A DNA stretch of 64,000 nucleotides from a virus (lineage: Duplodnaviria; Caudoviricetes). The stretch is taken from positions 10,107 through 74,106 of IMG/VR virus record IMGVR_UViG_3300014205_000212; one strand, written 5' to 3'. Position 1 is the stretch's first letter; the number at the start of each line of letters is the position of its first letter. Shown piece by piece: positions 1 to 7,828 of the stretch. The notes under the pieces were generated by a model. It ran no database searches. It was not told the DNA's origin and saw nothing but the letters and a program-made list of their open reading frames with translations. The position numbers were made by a program, and so were the translations under genes.

Positions 1-171
1 TATATGATGTATAAATCTTTTAATCGTGGTAACTACTATAGTGCTATTGATGAATCACTACATCATTATTCTATTAAGAAAGATAGATACTTCATTAAAG
101 GATTGTTTTTGTTTGATTTATTATCTATTATTGCTTTGTTTAGTCTATTAATTAATTTAATTTTAAAATAA
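1..171 (+). CDS. 3' end of an upstream gene with a hydrophobic C-terminus (partial)
   Basis: Frame 1 is open from base 1 to TAA at 169-171: ...DRYFIKGLFLFDLLSIIALFSLLINLILK*. Confidence 0.55.
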   Translation, partial: YMMYKSFNRGNYYSAIDESLHHYSIKKDRYFIKGLFLFDLLSIIALFSLLINLILK

Positions 172-512
172 TTAAACCTACAGTTTCAAGATATTGCCAA
201 TATGATAATAAATTAGAAAAGTATTATATCAAATATGTAGATGAGATATATGAAATTTTAAAAAAAGAATATCCTGAGATCACAAAAAAACAAATAAACC
301 ATACACTTAAATTCTTTATAAGGAATATGGTTATTGTAATAAGAGGTAAATGGGATATTAATCTTTCTGGGTATTTTATTATCATAAGGAAATTGAAGAT
401 AAGACATATCGTACCTTTTAATATCATTAAATATTCTTTTGATATATATCAGAAACTATTTGGAGATGATGATGCTGTAATAAATATTAAAAAATTAAGA
501 AATAATGAATAA
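168..512 (+). CDS. HU/IHF-like small DNA-binding protein; start probably non-ATG, upstream of the tracked ORF at 327
   Basis: Frame is open from 156 with no ATG until 327. EIYEILKKEYPEITKKQINHTLKFFIRNMVIVIRGKWDINLSGYF resembles the HU helix1-helix2-'I.L.GF' pattern. Confidence 0.4.
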   Translation: MIKPTVSRYCQYDNKLEKYYIKYVDEIYEILKKEYPEITKKQINHTLKFFIRNMVIVIRGKWDINLSGYFIIIRKLKIRHIVPFNIIKYSFDIYQKLFGDDDAVINIKKLRNNE

Positions 513-530
513 TAATATAAAAATAATAAT

Positions 531-830
531 ATGTCGATGTCTAAAGCACAAGGATTTTTAATTAAACAATGTTTAAAATCTCCTACTATAAAATCCCCTT
601 GGGATATAATTCATCAAGATAATATTGCTAAAGAAAAATTTCACAGAGGATATATTCCTTATTATGGTGATTCATTTAGTAATTGTACAGTATTTAAATC
701 ATATAAAACAAATATATCTTATGGATATACAAAAACTTTGATATCTGATAAATTACCTGAAAGAAATGAATTATGTATTTGTGGATCTGGAATTAAATTT
801 AAAAAATGTTGTTTAACTAAATATAATTAA
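531..830 (+). CDS. Protein with C-terminal SEC-C zinc-binding motif
   Basis: RNELCICGSGIKFKKCC matches the SEC-C pattern RNxxCxCGSGxKxKxCC. Confidence 0.85.
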   Translation: MSMSKAQGFLIKQCLKSPTIKSPWDIIHQDNIAKEKFHRGYIPYYGDSFSNCTVFKSYKTNISYGYTKTLISDKLPERNELCICGSGIKFKKCCLTKYN

Positions 831-832
831 TT

Positions 833-1093
833 ATGATGCAGTCAATGAATAGTCCATACATTAAAATGTATGATGAAAAAGGATTTTTAACTAATCCTAT
901 TAGTGAAGATTATAAATCTGAGTATCCAAATCGTACAAAGAGAAGAGAGGAAATGAATATACCCCGATTTAAAGGTAATAATAAGGGTGTATCAATGACA
1001 TATTCACCTCATGGTACATTTACTAAAGAAAATCAAAATATCACATTAAAAGATGGTTCTGTAAAGATTATTAATCATTATAGAACTAAATAA
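833..1093 (+). CDS. Hypothetical protein
   Basis: 86-aa ORF in a tight operon with backbone codon usage. Confidence 0.7.
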   Translation: MMQSMNSPYIKMYDEKGFLTNPISEDYKSEYPNRTKRREEMNIPRFKGNNKGVSMTYSPHGTFTKENQNITLKDGSVKIINHYRTK

Positions 1094-1127
1094 TAAATTA
1101 AGGCTTTAATTGTAGGTTTACCTTCTA

Positions 1128-1529
1128 ATGAAACCTACTTATCTATTAATCTTAAATATTAAAATTATGAAAAGAGTATTTAAATCATATTTTGACAGAT
1201 CTGTATTTTATGTATTCTTTGTAATATGTATTACTACAACAATATGTTCATTCTTCCCTTTCGATTTATTGAGTATATTAACTATTGGAACTTCTTTTAT
1301 TATTCTTATATCTGTTTATTATCTTTCTACAAGAATAGAATATATGAAATATTATTATCCTATTGTACAAGAATATATAGATGGTCCTTTTAATTATCCT
1401 TTAAAATGTAAAATTACAAAACATGGAATAGGTAGCTTATCCTGTAAATGTTGTAAGCATAATATAGGTAGATCACAAGATAAAACATATTGGATTCAAT
1501 GTTCTAAAATTTATAAAGCTATAAAATGA
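1128..1529 (+). CDS. Membrane protein with two hydrophobic segments and a Cys-rich C-terminus
   Basis: VFYVFFVICITTTICSFF and LLSILTIGTSFIILISVYYL; CKCC...C; overlaps next start. Confidence 0.65.
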   Translation: MKPTYLLILNIKIMKRVFKSYFDRSVFYVFFVICITTTICSFFPFDLLSILTIGTSFIILISVYYLSTRIEYMKYYYPIVQEYIDGPFNYPLKCKITKHGIGSLSCKCCKHNIGRSQDKTYWIQCSKIYKAIK

Positions 1530-1822
1530 TTAAAGTACATTCAGAATATGGATTAAATGCCTATATTATTGATAAAGGTATTCTTAGTACTATTGGTGCA
1601 TATCCTTTAAAAGAATGTGTCTATGATACCTTAAAATCAATAATTGATGATAATAAATATTATCCGGATGATATTAATGTTTATATAAGAAAATATAATC
1701 ATAAACAATCTAAAGAATATTTAGATATAATTATATTCTTTATTAATAATAGTATCAAAAAGAATGAAATATTTTCTAATAAAATATCTGATTTTACTAG
1801 AGAATTAATAATTAATAATTAA
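1526..1822 (+). CDS. Hypothetical protein
   Basis: 98-aa ORF coupled to the previous gene. Confidence 0.65.
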   Translation: MIKVHSEYGLNAYIIDKGILSTIGAYPLKECVYDTLKSIIDDNKYYPDDINVYIRKYNHKQSKEYLDIIIFFINNSIKKNEIFSNKISDFTRELIINN

Positions 1823-1825
1823 ATA

Positions 1826-2068
1826 TTACGGCTGTGATATGCGATGTTTGGCGATTACGAGAACAAACCTATCAAAATACATAGAACGTGGACAATACAA
1901 TATTATGGAAACGATAAACTATTTATATGAATAAGAAAGAAAAAAGAATCCAAATTATCGCAATGCTTTACCAAAACATGGATAAAGTAGATGCAGATGA
2001 AACATTAAAACTTATTGATGAATTCAGCACTATGGCAGTAATAAATAATGCCGTATTACCGCATGTTA
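1826..2068 (+). repeat. attC-like site E1 (hybrid or degenerate, TTAC...GTTA)
   Basis: Left arm TTACggctgtgaTATGcgatgtttggcg does not pair with right arm aatgccgtattaccgcatGTTA. That right arm is 21/22 identical to the right arm of E15. Confidence 0.75.
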
Positions 2069-2187
2069 TAAACCGAAGGGAACTGTTAATTGATTTTTCT
2101 ATGAAAAGAAATAAAGCACCTGAAGAATTTAAGGCGCAATATGAGAAAGAAGTTGATGACTACTTAAAATCAATTAATAGTTTATAA
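1927..2187 (+). CDS. Cassette gene, hypothetical; starts inside E1
   Basis: NAVLPHVINR is encoded by the E1 right arm; the stop is the TAA of the next TAAC (2185-2188). Confidence 0.75.
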   Translation: MNKKEKRIQIIAMLYQNMDKVDADETLKLIDEFSTMAVINNAVLPHVINRRELLIDFSMKRNKAPEEFKAQYEKEVDDYLKSINSL

Positions 2188-2308
2188 CGGTTACAAATAT
2201 GAAACGGCAGGGATTACGTGCAAAACCCTATCAGCCGACTACAAATGATGAATAGTAGCACAAAGTATAAAATAAGCATTACGCCCTGCTGTTTTATATT
2301 TGATGTTA
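2185..2308 (+). repeat. attC-like hairpin site E2 (124 nt)
   Basis: TAACggtta-caaatatgaaacggcaggg pairs with ccctgctgttttatatttg-atGTTA, with G.T wobbles only. Confidence 0.92.
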
Positions 2309-2329
2309 TGGTGCGTTTATTTTACTAAC

Positions 2330-2557
2330 ATGGTTGATTTTAACGGATTAGACACAAAAAAAAATGCTGTAAAACTTCAAGTAAAAACAGCAACGATATT
2401 TATTTGGAAAGAAAGTAACTTAACTGCCCTTATTTCTGTTAGAGATAAAGATGGCAAAGCATTATGGCAAAAGGCGCATTGTGATGCTTCTGACTTACCA
2501 TTTGCTATTGAAGTTGCTAACAGAAATATACAGACTGGTATGTTTGAAACGGATTAA
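2330..2557 (+). CDS. Cassette gene, hypothetical
   Basis: Lies between GTTATGGTGC (2305) and its reverse complement GCACCATAAC (2560-2569); likely start ATG 2330. Confidence 0.75.
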   Translation: MVDFNGLDTKKNAVKLQVKTATIFIWKESNLTALISVRDKDGKALWQKAHCDASDLPFAIEVANRNIQTGMFETD

Positions 2558-2565
2558 ATGCACCA

Positions 2566-2653
2566 TAACGGTCGGCAATATGAAACGGTTGCCTTGTAAG
2601 ACGTTTCAAATTTAGTAATAGCCTATCGGCAACTGTTTTTATATTGCTTGTTA
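2566..2653 (+). repeat. attC-like hairpin site E3 (88 nt)
   Basis: TAACggtcg-gcaatatgaaacggttgcc pairs with ggcaactgttttatattgc-ttGTTA. Confidence 0.92.
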
Positions 2654-2674
2654 GGCACAGTTAAATTTAAAACC

Positions 2675-2845
2675 ATGAAAAGAATAACTATTTGGTTAAT
2701 GAAGCGCCAACTAAAAGCAGCAAAAAATTATCGTAATAATTTAGATAATAGTATTGTAATTAAAGCATATGACTACGTTATAAAGAATTACGAAGATACA
2801 ATAATGTTTTTGCGTGCTGAACTTAAATCGAAGGCACGGTCTTAA
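2675..2845 (+). CDS. Cassette gene, hypothetical
   Basis: Between GTTAGGCA (2650) and TGCCTAAC (2849-2856); likely start ATG 2675 (MKRITIW...). Confidence 0.7.
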   Translation: MKRITIWLMKRQLKAAKNYRNNLDNSIVIKAYDYVIKNYEDTIMFLRAELKSKARS

Positions 2846-2852
2846 TTATGCC

Positions 2853-2978
2853 TAACGTTGATAATATGAAAAGTTGGGGGATTAAAAGAGCAAAAATATC
2901 GGGTCGCAACCGAAGCCTTGACGGTAGCTGGGAGGTAACATACACCGCTGCACCCCCAATTTTTTATATTATGTGTTA
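2853..2978 (+). repeat. attC-like hairpin site E4 (126 nt)
   Basis: TAACgttg-ataatatgaaaagttggggg pairs with cccccaattttttatattat-gtGTTA. Confidence 0.92.
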
Positions 2979-3017
2979 GCAACTGGGCTTTATTTATAAA
3001 CTTAAAACTAAATAAAA

Positions 3018-3224
3018 ATGGAAGTAAATGATTTAATAGACCTTAGATTCACTTCATCTACTAAGGGACCCATTCCTATCTCAAGAACTATAGATGGGAA
3101 ATTTGCCCTTATTAATGGAACATTCAGAGGTATAATTGACATAGGCTCTACTTGGAAATGTAGAATAGATAAAATAGAAAAGTTTAAAGTTATAATAAGT
3201 CCAATATCATTACAGAAATTATAA
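3018..3224 (+). CDS. Hypothetical protein
   Basis: 68-aa ORF with an A-rich initiation region; no closing complementary box found. Confidence 0.65.
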   Translation: MEVNDLIDLRFTSSTKGPIPISRTIDGKFALINGTFRGIIDIGSTWKCRIDKIEKFKVIISPISLQKL

Positions 3225-3248
3225 TAATAATTAATAAATTTCAATATT

Positions 3249-3641
3249 ATGGAAACAAAAAACAATGTATTAGTCGTTCTTAAATCTAAGTTAGACTATA
3301 AAGAAAACAAATCAAATACAAGAGAGTTTACAAAAGAAGAGATAACTTTACTAAGAGAGTACTGTATCTCTTTAGATTACCATTTTTCAATTAATAAGCA
3401 AAACAAGATAGTTAAGATATTCAATCCTATTACATTTAAATATGGATACCTTAAAGTTCTTAATAATGAGATATGCTATGGCTATTTCGTTAAAGAGAAC
3501 GATAATTCTAAATTTATTGTAAAATATAATGTTCTCTTAGAGTTAAATAACTTTAAAAAAATAAAAGGTTATAATATAAGAGTAAATAGAATGATCCAAT
3601 CTGTTATGTTTGGTATATATGACTTAGAAATTTTAAAATAA
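3249..3641 (+). CDS. Hypothetical protein
   Basis: 130-aa ORF. Confidence 0.7.
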   Translation: METKNNVLVVLKSKLDYKENKSNTREFTKEEITLLREYCISLDYHFSINKQNKIVKIFNPITFKYGYLKVLNNEICYGYFVKENDNSKFIVKYNVLLELNNFKKIKGYNIRVNRMIQSVMFGIYDLEILK

Positions 3642-3649
3642 ATAGAATA

Positions 3650-4039
3650 ATGAAAAGAGATATTGATTGGAAAGGATTTCAAGAAAATGTAGAAACCTAT
3701 ATTAAAAAAAATAGAGGCATAGGTGCAAAGTTTTTAAAAATATTATTCGATAATTATTCTACAAAGGGTATAAAAAATTTGAATATACAAAAAACTGTAA
3801 AAAGTGATTTAGGTATTATTAGCGATAATACTTCTAACTTAGAAAATATTTTAGGAATGCTACACGAATTTAGGAATTGGAATAGGGAATGGGATATTTA
3901 CTTTGCAAAACACCCTAAAAATGTTGATGAGTTTGCAAAATTATTGTCAAAAAGATACAAAGTTAAACGTGTTAACGTTAATTATAAAAAATCGGTGAGG
4001 AGTTCGGAGCTACGGAACTATCAACTGATACAAAACTAA
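3650..4039 (+). CDS. Hypothetical protein whose 3' end reads through the left arm of E5
   Basis: The TAAC of E5 is out of frame, so the C-terminal NYKKSVRSSELRN is encoded by the hairpin arm. Confidence 0.6.
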   Translation: MKRDIDWKGFQENVETYIKKNRGIGAKFLKILFDNYSTKGIKNLNIQKTVKSDLGIISDNTSNLENILGMLHEFRNWNREWDIYFAKHPKNVDEFAKLLSKRYKVKRVNVNYKKSVRSSELRNYQLIQN

Positions 4040-4097
4040 TTTAGTAGCAAGTGGTTTAAAATAAGCACGATACCCCACTGTTTTTTATAATGTGTTA
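3973..4097 (+). repeat. attC-like hairpin site E5 (125 nt)
   Basis: TAACgtta-attataaaaaatcggtgagga pairs imperfectly with atccccactgttttttataat-gtGTTA. Confidence 0.85.
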
Positions 4098-4146
4098 TCG
4101 GCTGCCTTTTTAAAATTTAATTATTCACTTAAAAACTTAAATAACA

Positions 4147-4479
4147 ATGGAACAAATTAGAAATTCAGACCTTATCGAAGGTAAGACTATTGAAAGAACG
4201 GATTATTTAGATAATAAATTCTTTCTATTTTTTACAGACAATACCTTTTGTATAATATCAGGTTGTGGCTGGGATGAAAAAGATGTTGAATTTAATGAAA
4301 ATGAATTTGAAGTTGAACCTAATACAAGCAACTACGATGATCTTAAAAGTATTGGAATTATTGATGAAGCTACCTTCTTTAAATTTAAAGATCTTAAAGA
4401 ACAAAATAGCAAAGAGTATAGAAAGCAACAAGACATTAAACAACTTAATGAATTACGCAAAAAGTATCCAGATGCGTAA
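4147..4479 (+). CDS. Cassette gene, hypothetical
   Basis: 110-aa ORF after GTTATCGGCTGCC (4094); the closing box is decayed (GGTTGCCG at 4480). Confidence 0.75.
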   Translation: MEQIRNSDLIEGKTIERTDYLDNKFFLFFTDNTFCIISGCGWDEKDVEFNENEFEVEPNTSNYDDLKSIGIIDEATFFKFKDLKEQNSKEYRKQQDIKQLNELRKKYPDA

Positions 4480-4560
4480 GGTTGCCGTATTAAATACGAG
4501 AAATAAAATTTCAATTTACAACAAAACTACACGGGCAAAATGGCGTATGAGCCCGTGTTA
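4480..4560 (+). repeat. Degenerate attC-like site E6 (TAAC and left arm missing)
   Basis: Right arm ggcaaaatggcgtatgagcccgtGTTA is intact; upstream only ggttgccg remains. Confidence 0.65.
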
Positions 4561-4595
4561 GCAGTTGTTTTTATTAATCTAAATATAAATTTATT

Positions 4596-4973
4596 ATGAA
4601 ATACGAAATTAAATATAAAGAACTTGAAAGTTATTTAACTTCTTTACCTGAAAAAGAATTTCAGGACAAAAAATATAATCCAAACGGAATTATTAAAGAG
4701 GCAGAATTGATGACAGATATTGACTTTTTTAAAAAAGATAAATCGAAATTCCCAATAAGTAAAGTTATTGATTACGGAATGCCATTTTTACTTGATGCTT
4801 TAGGCAATGATTTATCTATATGTATTTTAACTAAAAGAAAATTTAAGCTACCAACTGGAAGACCAATACAAGCTAAATTAGACCGTACAATTATATCAAA
4901 TTGTCGAAAAATATATGGAACACCTTTGAATGGATGCTGGGTAATACCTGAGCAGTTCGTGGTTTTAAAATAA
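4596..4973 (+). CDS. Cassette gene, hypothetical
   Basis: Between GTTAGCAGTT (4557) and AACTGCTAAC (4972-4981). Confidence 0.8.
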   Translation: MKYEIKYKELESYLTSLPEKEFQDKKYNPNGIIKEAELMTDIDFFKKDKSKFPISKVIDYGMPFLLDALGNDLSICILTKRKFKLPTGRPIQAKLDRTIISNCRKIYGTPLNGCWVIPEQFVVLK

Positions 4974-4977
4974 CTGC

Positions 4978-5101
4978 TAACCGTTGAAGCTATGACCAGT
5001 AAAGGATTACGGAGCGATGCACTATCCACCGATACTAAGCTGGATGCGAGCTACAACGTTTGATTAACCACCACAACCTTTATTGGTTATAGCTTGTGTT
5101 A
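4978..5101 (+). repeat. attC-like hairpin site E7 (124 nt)
   Basis: TAACcgttg-aagctatgaccagtaaagg pairs with cctttattggttatagctt-gtGTTA. Confidence 0.92.
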
Positions 5102-5147
5102 GTGCCAGTTATTTATTTGATTATCAATTTTTAAAAACAAAAATACA

Positions 5148-5714
5148 ATGAAGAAAATTAGCACACTTTACAAAAAAGACCCGAACGATTTAAGCAGGGT
5201 AATTAATGAAATTGCACCCGAAAATAAATGGGTAATTGATGGCGAAGGTATTCCGACACGCAAGTTTGATGGAACTGCAACCGCTATTATTGATGGCGAA
5301 TTATACAAACGATACGATGTTAAAAAAGGTAAGCAAGTGCCACTAAATGCGATACCATGCCAAGAGGCTGACGAAATTACAGGACACCACCCGCATTGGA
5401 TTAAATGCGACCGAAACAACCCAGCTGATAAATGGCATTTTGTTGGTTTTGATGCCTTAGAAAATAAAGAAGATGGAACTTATGAACTTTGTGGCGAAAA
5501 ATTACAAGGCAACCCAGAACATTTAACTGGACACATTTTAGTTAAACACGGAATAGAAGTATTACCAGTAACCGACTTTTCATTTGAAGGAATAAAAAAC
5601 TACTTATCAAATTCTGAATTAGATATTGAGGGTATTGTTTTTCATCATAAAAACGATGGGCGTATGTGCAAAATTCGCAAATGCGATTTCGGTATCAAGC
5701 GGGCTGTTTTATAA
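5148..5714 (+). CDS. Cassette-borne RNA-ligase-like nucleotidyltransferase (DUF5565-like)
   Basis: Motif I TRKFDGT (KxDG), GTYELCG, motif IV EGIVF, motif V CKIR; bounded by GTTAGTGCCAG (5098) and TTGGCACTAAC (5715-5725). Confidence 0.75.
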   Translation: MKKISTLYKKDPNDLSRVINEIAPENKWVIDGEGIPTRKFDGTATAIIDGELYKRYDVKKGKQVPLNAIPCQEADEITGHHPHWIKCDRNNPADKWHFVGFDALENKEDGTYELCGEKLQGNPEHLTGHILVKHGIEVLPVTDFSFEGIKNYLSNSELDIEGIVFHHKNDGRMCKIRKCDFGIKRAVL

Positions 5715-5721
5715 TTGGCAC

Positions 5722-5845
5722 TAACGGATTATATATGCGTTCGGTTGCTGACGCAAAACAGCACCAACTTAATTTAAAAAACAAAAGTAAAATGAAAGCA
5801 CAAGACAACAAAAAAGAGAAAGCAACTGACGTATATACGTTGTTA
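5722..5845 (+). repeat. attC-like hairpin site E8 (124 nt)
   Basis: TAACggatt-atatatgcgttcggttgct pairs with agcaactgacgtatatac-gttGTTA. Confidence 0.88.
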
Positions 5846-6001
5846 CCTGCCGTTTTAGATGAGATCATTGAATACATTGAAGATACTGAACAAACCATTG
5901 ATGGTGAATGGGGTTCGTGTAGAGACTTGAAAGAGTTGATTAGAGATAAACAAATGCCTGAATTATATGATAAGTTAATTGCTTTGAGAAATGGCAGGTA
6001 A
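5792..6001 (+). CDS. Cassette gene, hypothetical; starts inside the E8 loop
   Basis: ATG 5792 (MKAQDNKKEKATDVYTLLPAV) follows an A-rich tract; the stop is the TAA of TAAC 5999. Confidence 0.7.
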   Translation: MKAQDNKKEKATDVYTLLPAVLDEIIEYIEDTEQTIDGEWGSCRDLKELIRDKQMPELYDKLIALRNGR

Positions 6002-6035
6002 CTCACTTATATATACAGTTCAAAATATTGAAGTA
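5999..6035 (+). other. Array-terminal conserved site T1 (attI-like candidate)
   Basis: TAACtcacttatatatacagttcaaaatattgaagta is similar to the sites at 13048 and 24334; an imperfect inverted copy of the gttcaa...gaagt part lies at 6118-6134. Confidence 0.75.
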
Positions 6036-6286
6036 TGCCAAAACTAATAGAATCGGTAGATATAAAAAATAGAATAATAGAACTGATTAATAATAATAAT
6101 TTATTTATTAATGATGAACTTCAAATTTTTGAAGCACTTATTAATAAATATAAACCTATATCCATTTCTAATTGTTCTAATCTTTTAGGAAAAAAATATA
6201 ACTCTATAAAGTATATGGTTAACCATAATTCTTTACCTTTTATTTCTATTAATAATAGTAAACATATTTTAAAATCTTTAATATAA
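6035..6286 (+). CDS. Small helix-turn-helix protein (excisionase/MerR-like pattern)
   Basis: ISISNCSNLLGKKYNSIKYMVNHNSLPFISIN resembles the 'S.S.AA.LLG.S..T.Y.M...G.LP' HTH pattern; ATG overlaps the end of T1. Confidence 0.45.
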   Translation: MPKLIESVDIKNRIIELINNNNLFINDELQIFEALINKYKPISISNCSNLLGKKYNSIKYMVNHNSLPFISINNSKHILKSLI

Positions 6287-6290
6287 TTAT

Positions 6291-6752
6291 ATGGAAATTT
6301 TAAATTTAATTTTGATAGGAGTAATATCAAGTGGTATTACTCTTATGTATCAAAGAGGATTTTTTCCGGGAATGATATTTCATTCTTGGTTTAGATGGTT
6401 AATAATGACAAAGTATGAAATATTAGCTAAAATATTAGGCAAATGTCATTATTGTAATGGATTCTGGATAAATATTATTATAACCTTTTTATTTACTCAT
6501 AACTGGCTTTATTTCATCATAACTTCAGGTTCTTGGTATTTATGTACAGTTATCGTTTCTAATGTAATAGAATGTATTTATGTGCCAATAATATATAAAT
6601 CAGCCTTAGATTGGTGGAACAGTTTAAATATATTCGAAAAAAGTAATTTAACTGAAAAATATAAAATTAATGTTCCTGATAATGGATTAAAAGGAATAAA
6701 TCAATATATAATACAAGGAATAGCAAATAAAGAAAAAATATTAATAAAATAA
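6291..6752 (+). CDS. Membrane protein with CxxC motif (DUF1360-like)
   Basis: Hydrophobic segments flank LGKCHYCNGFW. Confidence 0.55.
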   Translation: MEILNLILIGVISSGITLMYQRGFFPGMIFHSWFRWLIMTKYEILAKILGKCHYCNGFWINIIITFLFTHNWLYFIITSGSWYLCTVIVSNVIECIYVPIIYKSALDWWNSLNIFEKSNLTEKYKINVPDNGLKGINQYIIQGIANKEKILIK

Positions 6753-6771
6753 TAATATAATTAATTTAATT

Positions 6772-7053
6772 ATGAATTACGAAGAATATTTACAAAAAGG
6801 GAAAGAACTCGAATCAGAATTTGAGAATAAGAAAACAGAATTAATGAAAGAATTTGTAAAGGCAAATAATCCTTATAAAATTGGTGACAAAATAACAGAC
6901 CATATTGGCTCAATAATTATTGAAAAAATGGGGTTTGCGTGGGGTTTCGGTAATAAGCCATGTGCCACATATACAGGTTTAGAACTTAAAAAAGATGGCA
7001 CTCCAACTAAAAAAGAATCACGTAGACAAGTGTGGCAGTCAAATATTGTCTAA
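6772..7053 (+). CDS. Hypothetical protein; stop coincides with the TAAC of E9
   Basis: 93-aa ORF with codon usage like the cassette genes. Confidence 0.75.
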   Translation: MNYEEYLQKGKELESEFENKKTELMKEFVKANNPYKIGDKITDHIGSIIIEKMGFAWGFGNKPCATYTGLELKKDGTPTKKESRRQVWQSNIV

Positions 7054-7062
7054 CATATGTTA
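7051..7062 (+). repeat. Collapsed attC-like site E9 (TAACatatGTTA)
   Basis: The two core boxes are only 4 nt apart; the downstream box GTTACCGCCAG approximates the reverse complement of ATGGACGGTAAC (7697-7708). Confidence 0.6.
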
Positions 7063-7101
7063 CCGCCAGTTTTTATTTATTAATCTTAATATCAAAACTA
7101 T

Positions 7102-7707
7102 ATGAAATCATGGAAAGAACCTACAAAAGAAAGATGGGGAATGGATTATCGTCCCGGAATTACAGAAGAATTTTCACAACTAATTAAATTAGCTAAAGAA
7201 AAGATTGAGCCATTTTCATATAAAGAAATTTCAAGATATACTTATTACTTTAAAGTAAAAGGTGAGGAAATTTCGAGTGAATTTGATTGCTGCGATGATG
7301 AAAAATGTATCAAAGAAGCCAAAAAAGCTATAAGAAAACAATACGGGAAAAATACGCATATTGAAGAATGTTATTCGGATAATGACGAAGACCATGAGAG
7401 TATTGAAATATGTAGTATTTGTGGAAAACCTATGAATGAATATCTTACTTGGTGTAATTCAGAATTAGAGTACTTAGAAGAAAATAAACCTTGGGACGCT
7501 CAATTTTTAGCTGATGAAGGTTTTGTAATTGGCGTTATTTTAGATAGTACTCCAACTATGGATTGTAATATTTCAGATTATGCAAAATATCAAAAAGGCG
7601 AAACACTTCAAAAGGCATTACAATCAAGAGAAGAATTTTTTCAAAGAATCGGTAAATTAGCTCAATCAGTAATTGATGCAGACTTCGCTGTCTTAAATGG
7701 ACGGTAA
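7102..7707 (+). CDS. Cassette gene, hypothetical (CxxC-containing)
   Basis: 201 aa with CSICG; the stop is the TAA of TAAC 7705. Confidence 0.8.
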   Translation: MKSWKEPTKERWGMDYRPGITEEFSQLIKLAKEKIEPFSYKEISRYTYYFKVKGEEISSEFDCCDDEKCIKEAKKAIRKQYGKNTHIEECYSDNDEDHESIEICSICGKPMNEYLTWCNSELEYLEENKPWDAQFLADEGFVIGVILDSTPTMDCNISDYAKYQKGETLQKALQSREEFFQRIGKLAQSVIDADFAVLNGR

Positions 7708-7828
7708 CGGTGAAGCTATGACCAGTAAAGGAATGCGGGCTTCGTGCCTGTCAAAATAGTAGAAACTTAATAGAAAATACAAAATGAAAATTAACGCAGA
7801 AACCCCCAATTGCATAAACATATTGTTA
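7705..7828 (+). repeat. attC-like site E10 (124 nt, hybrid arms)
   Basis: The left arm shares 22 identical nt with the E7 left arm; the right arm cccccaattgcataaacatattGTTA is of another type. Confidence 0.8.

Noticed and set aside
5666-5791. N-terminal extension of ORF 5666-6001, and similar upstream starts at 2300 and 2648
   Set aside because: These starts overlap the previous gene or hairpin arms. Downstream ATGs with A-rich leaders (5792, 2330, 2675) are more plausible.
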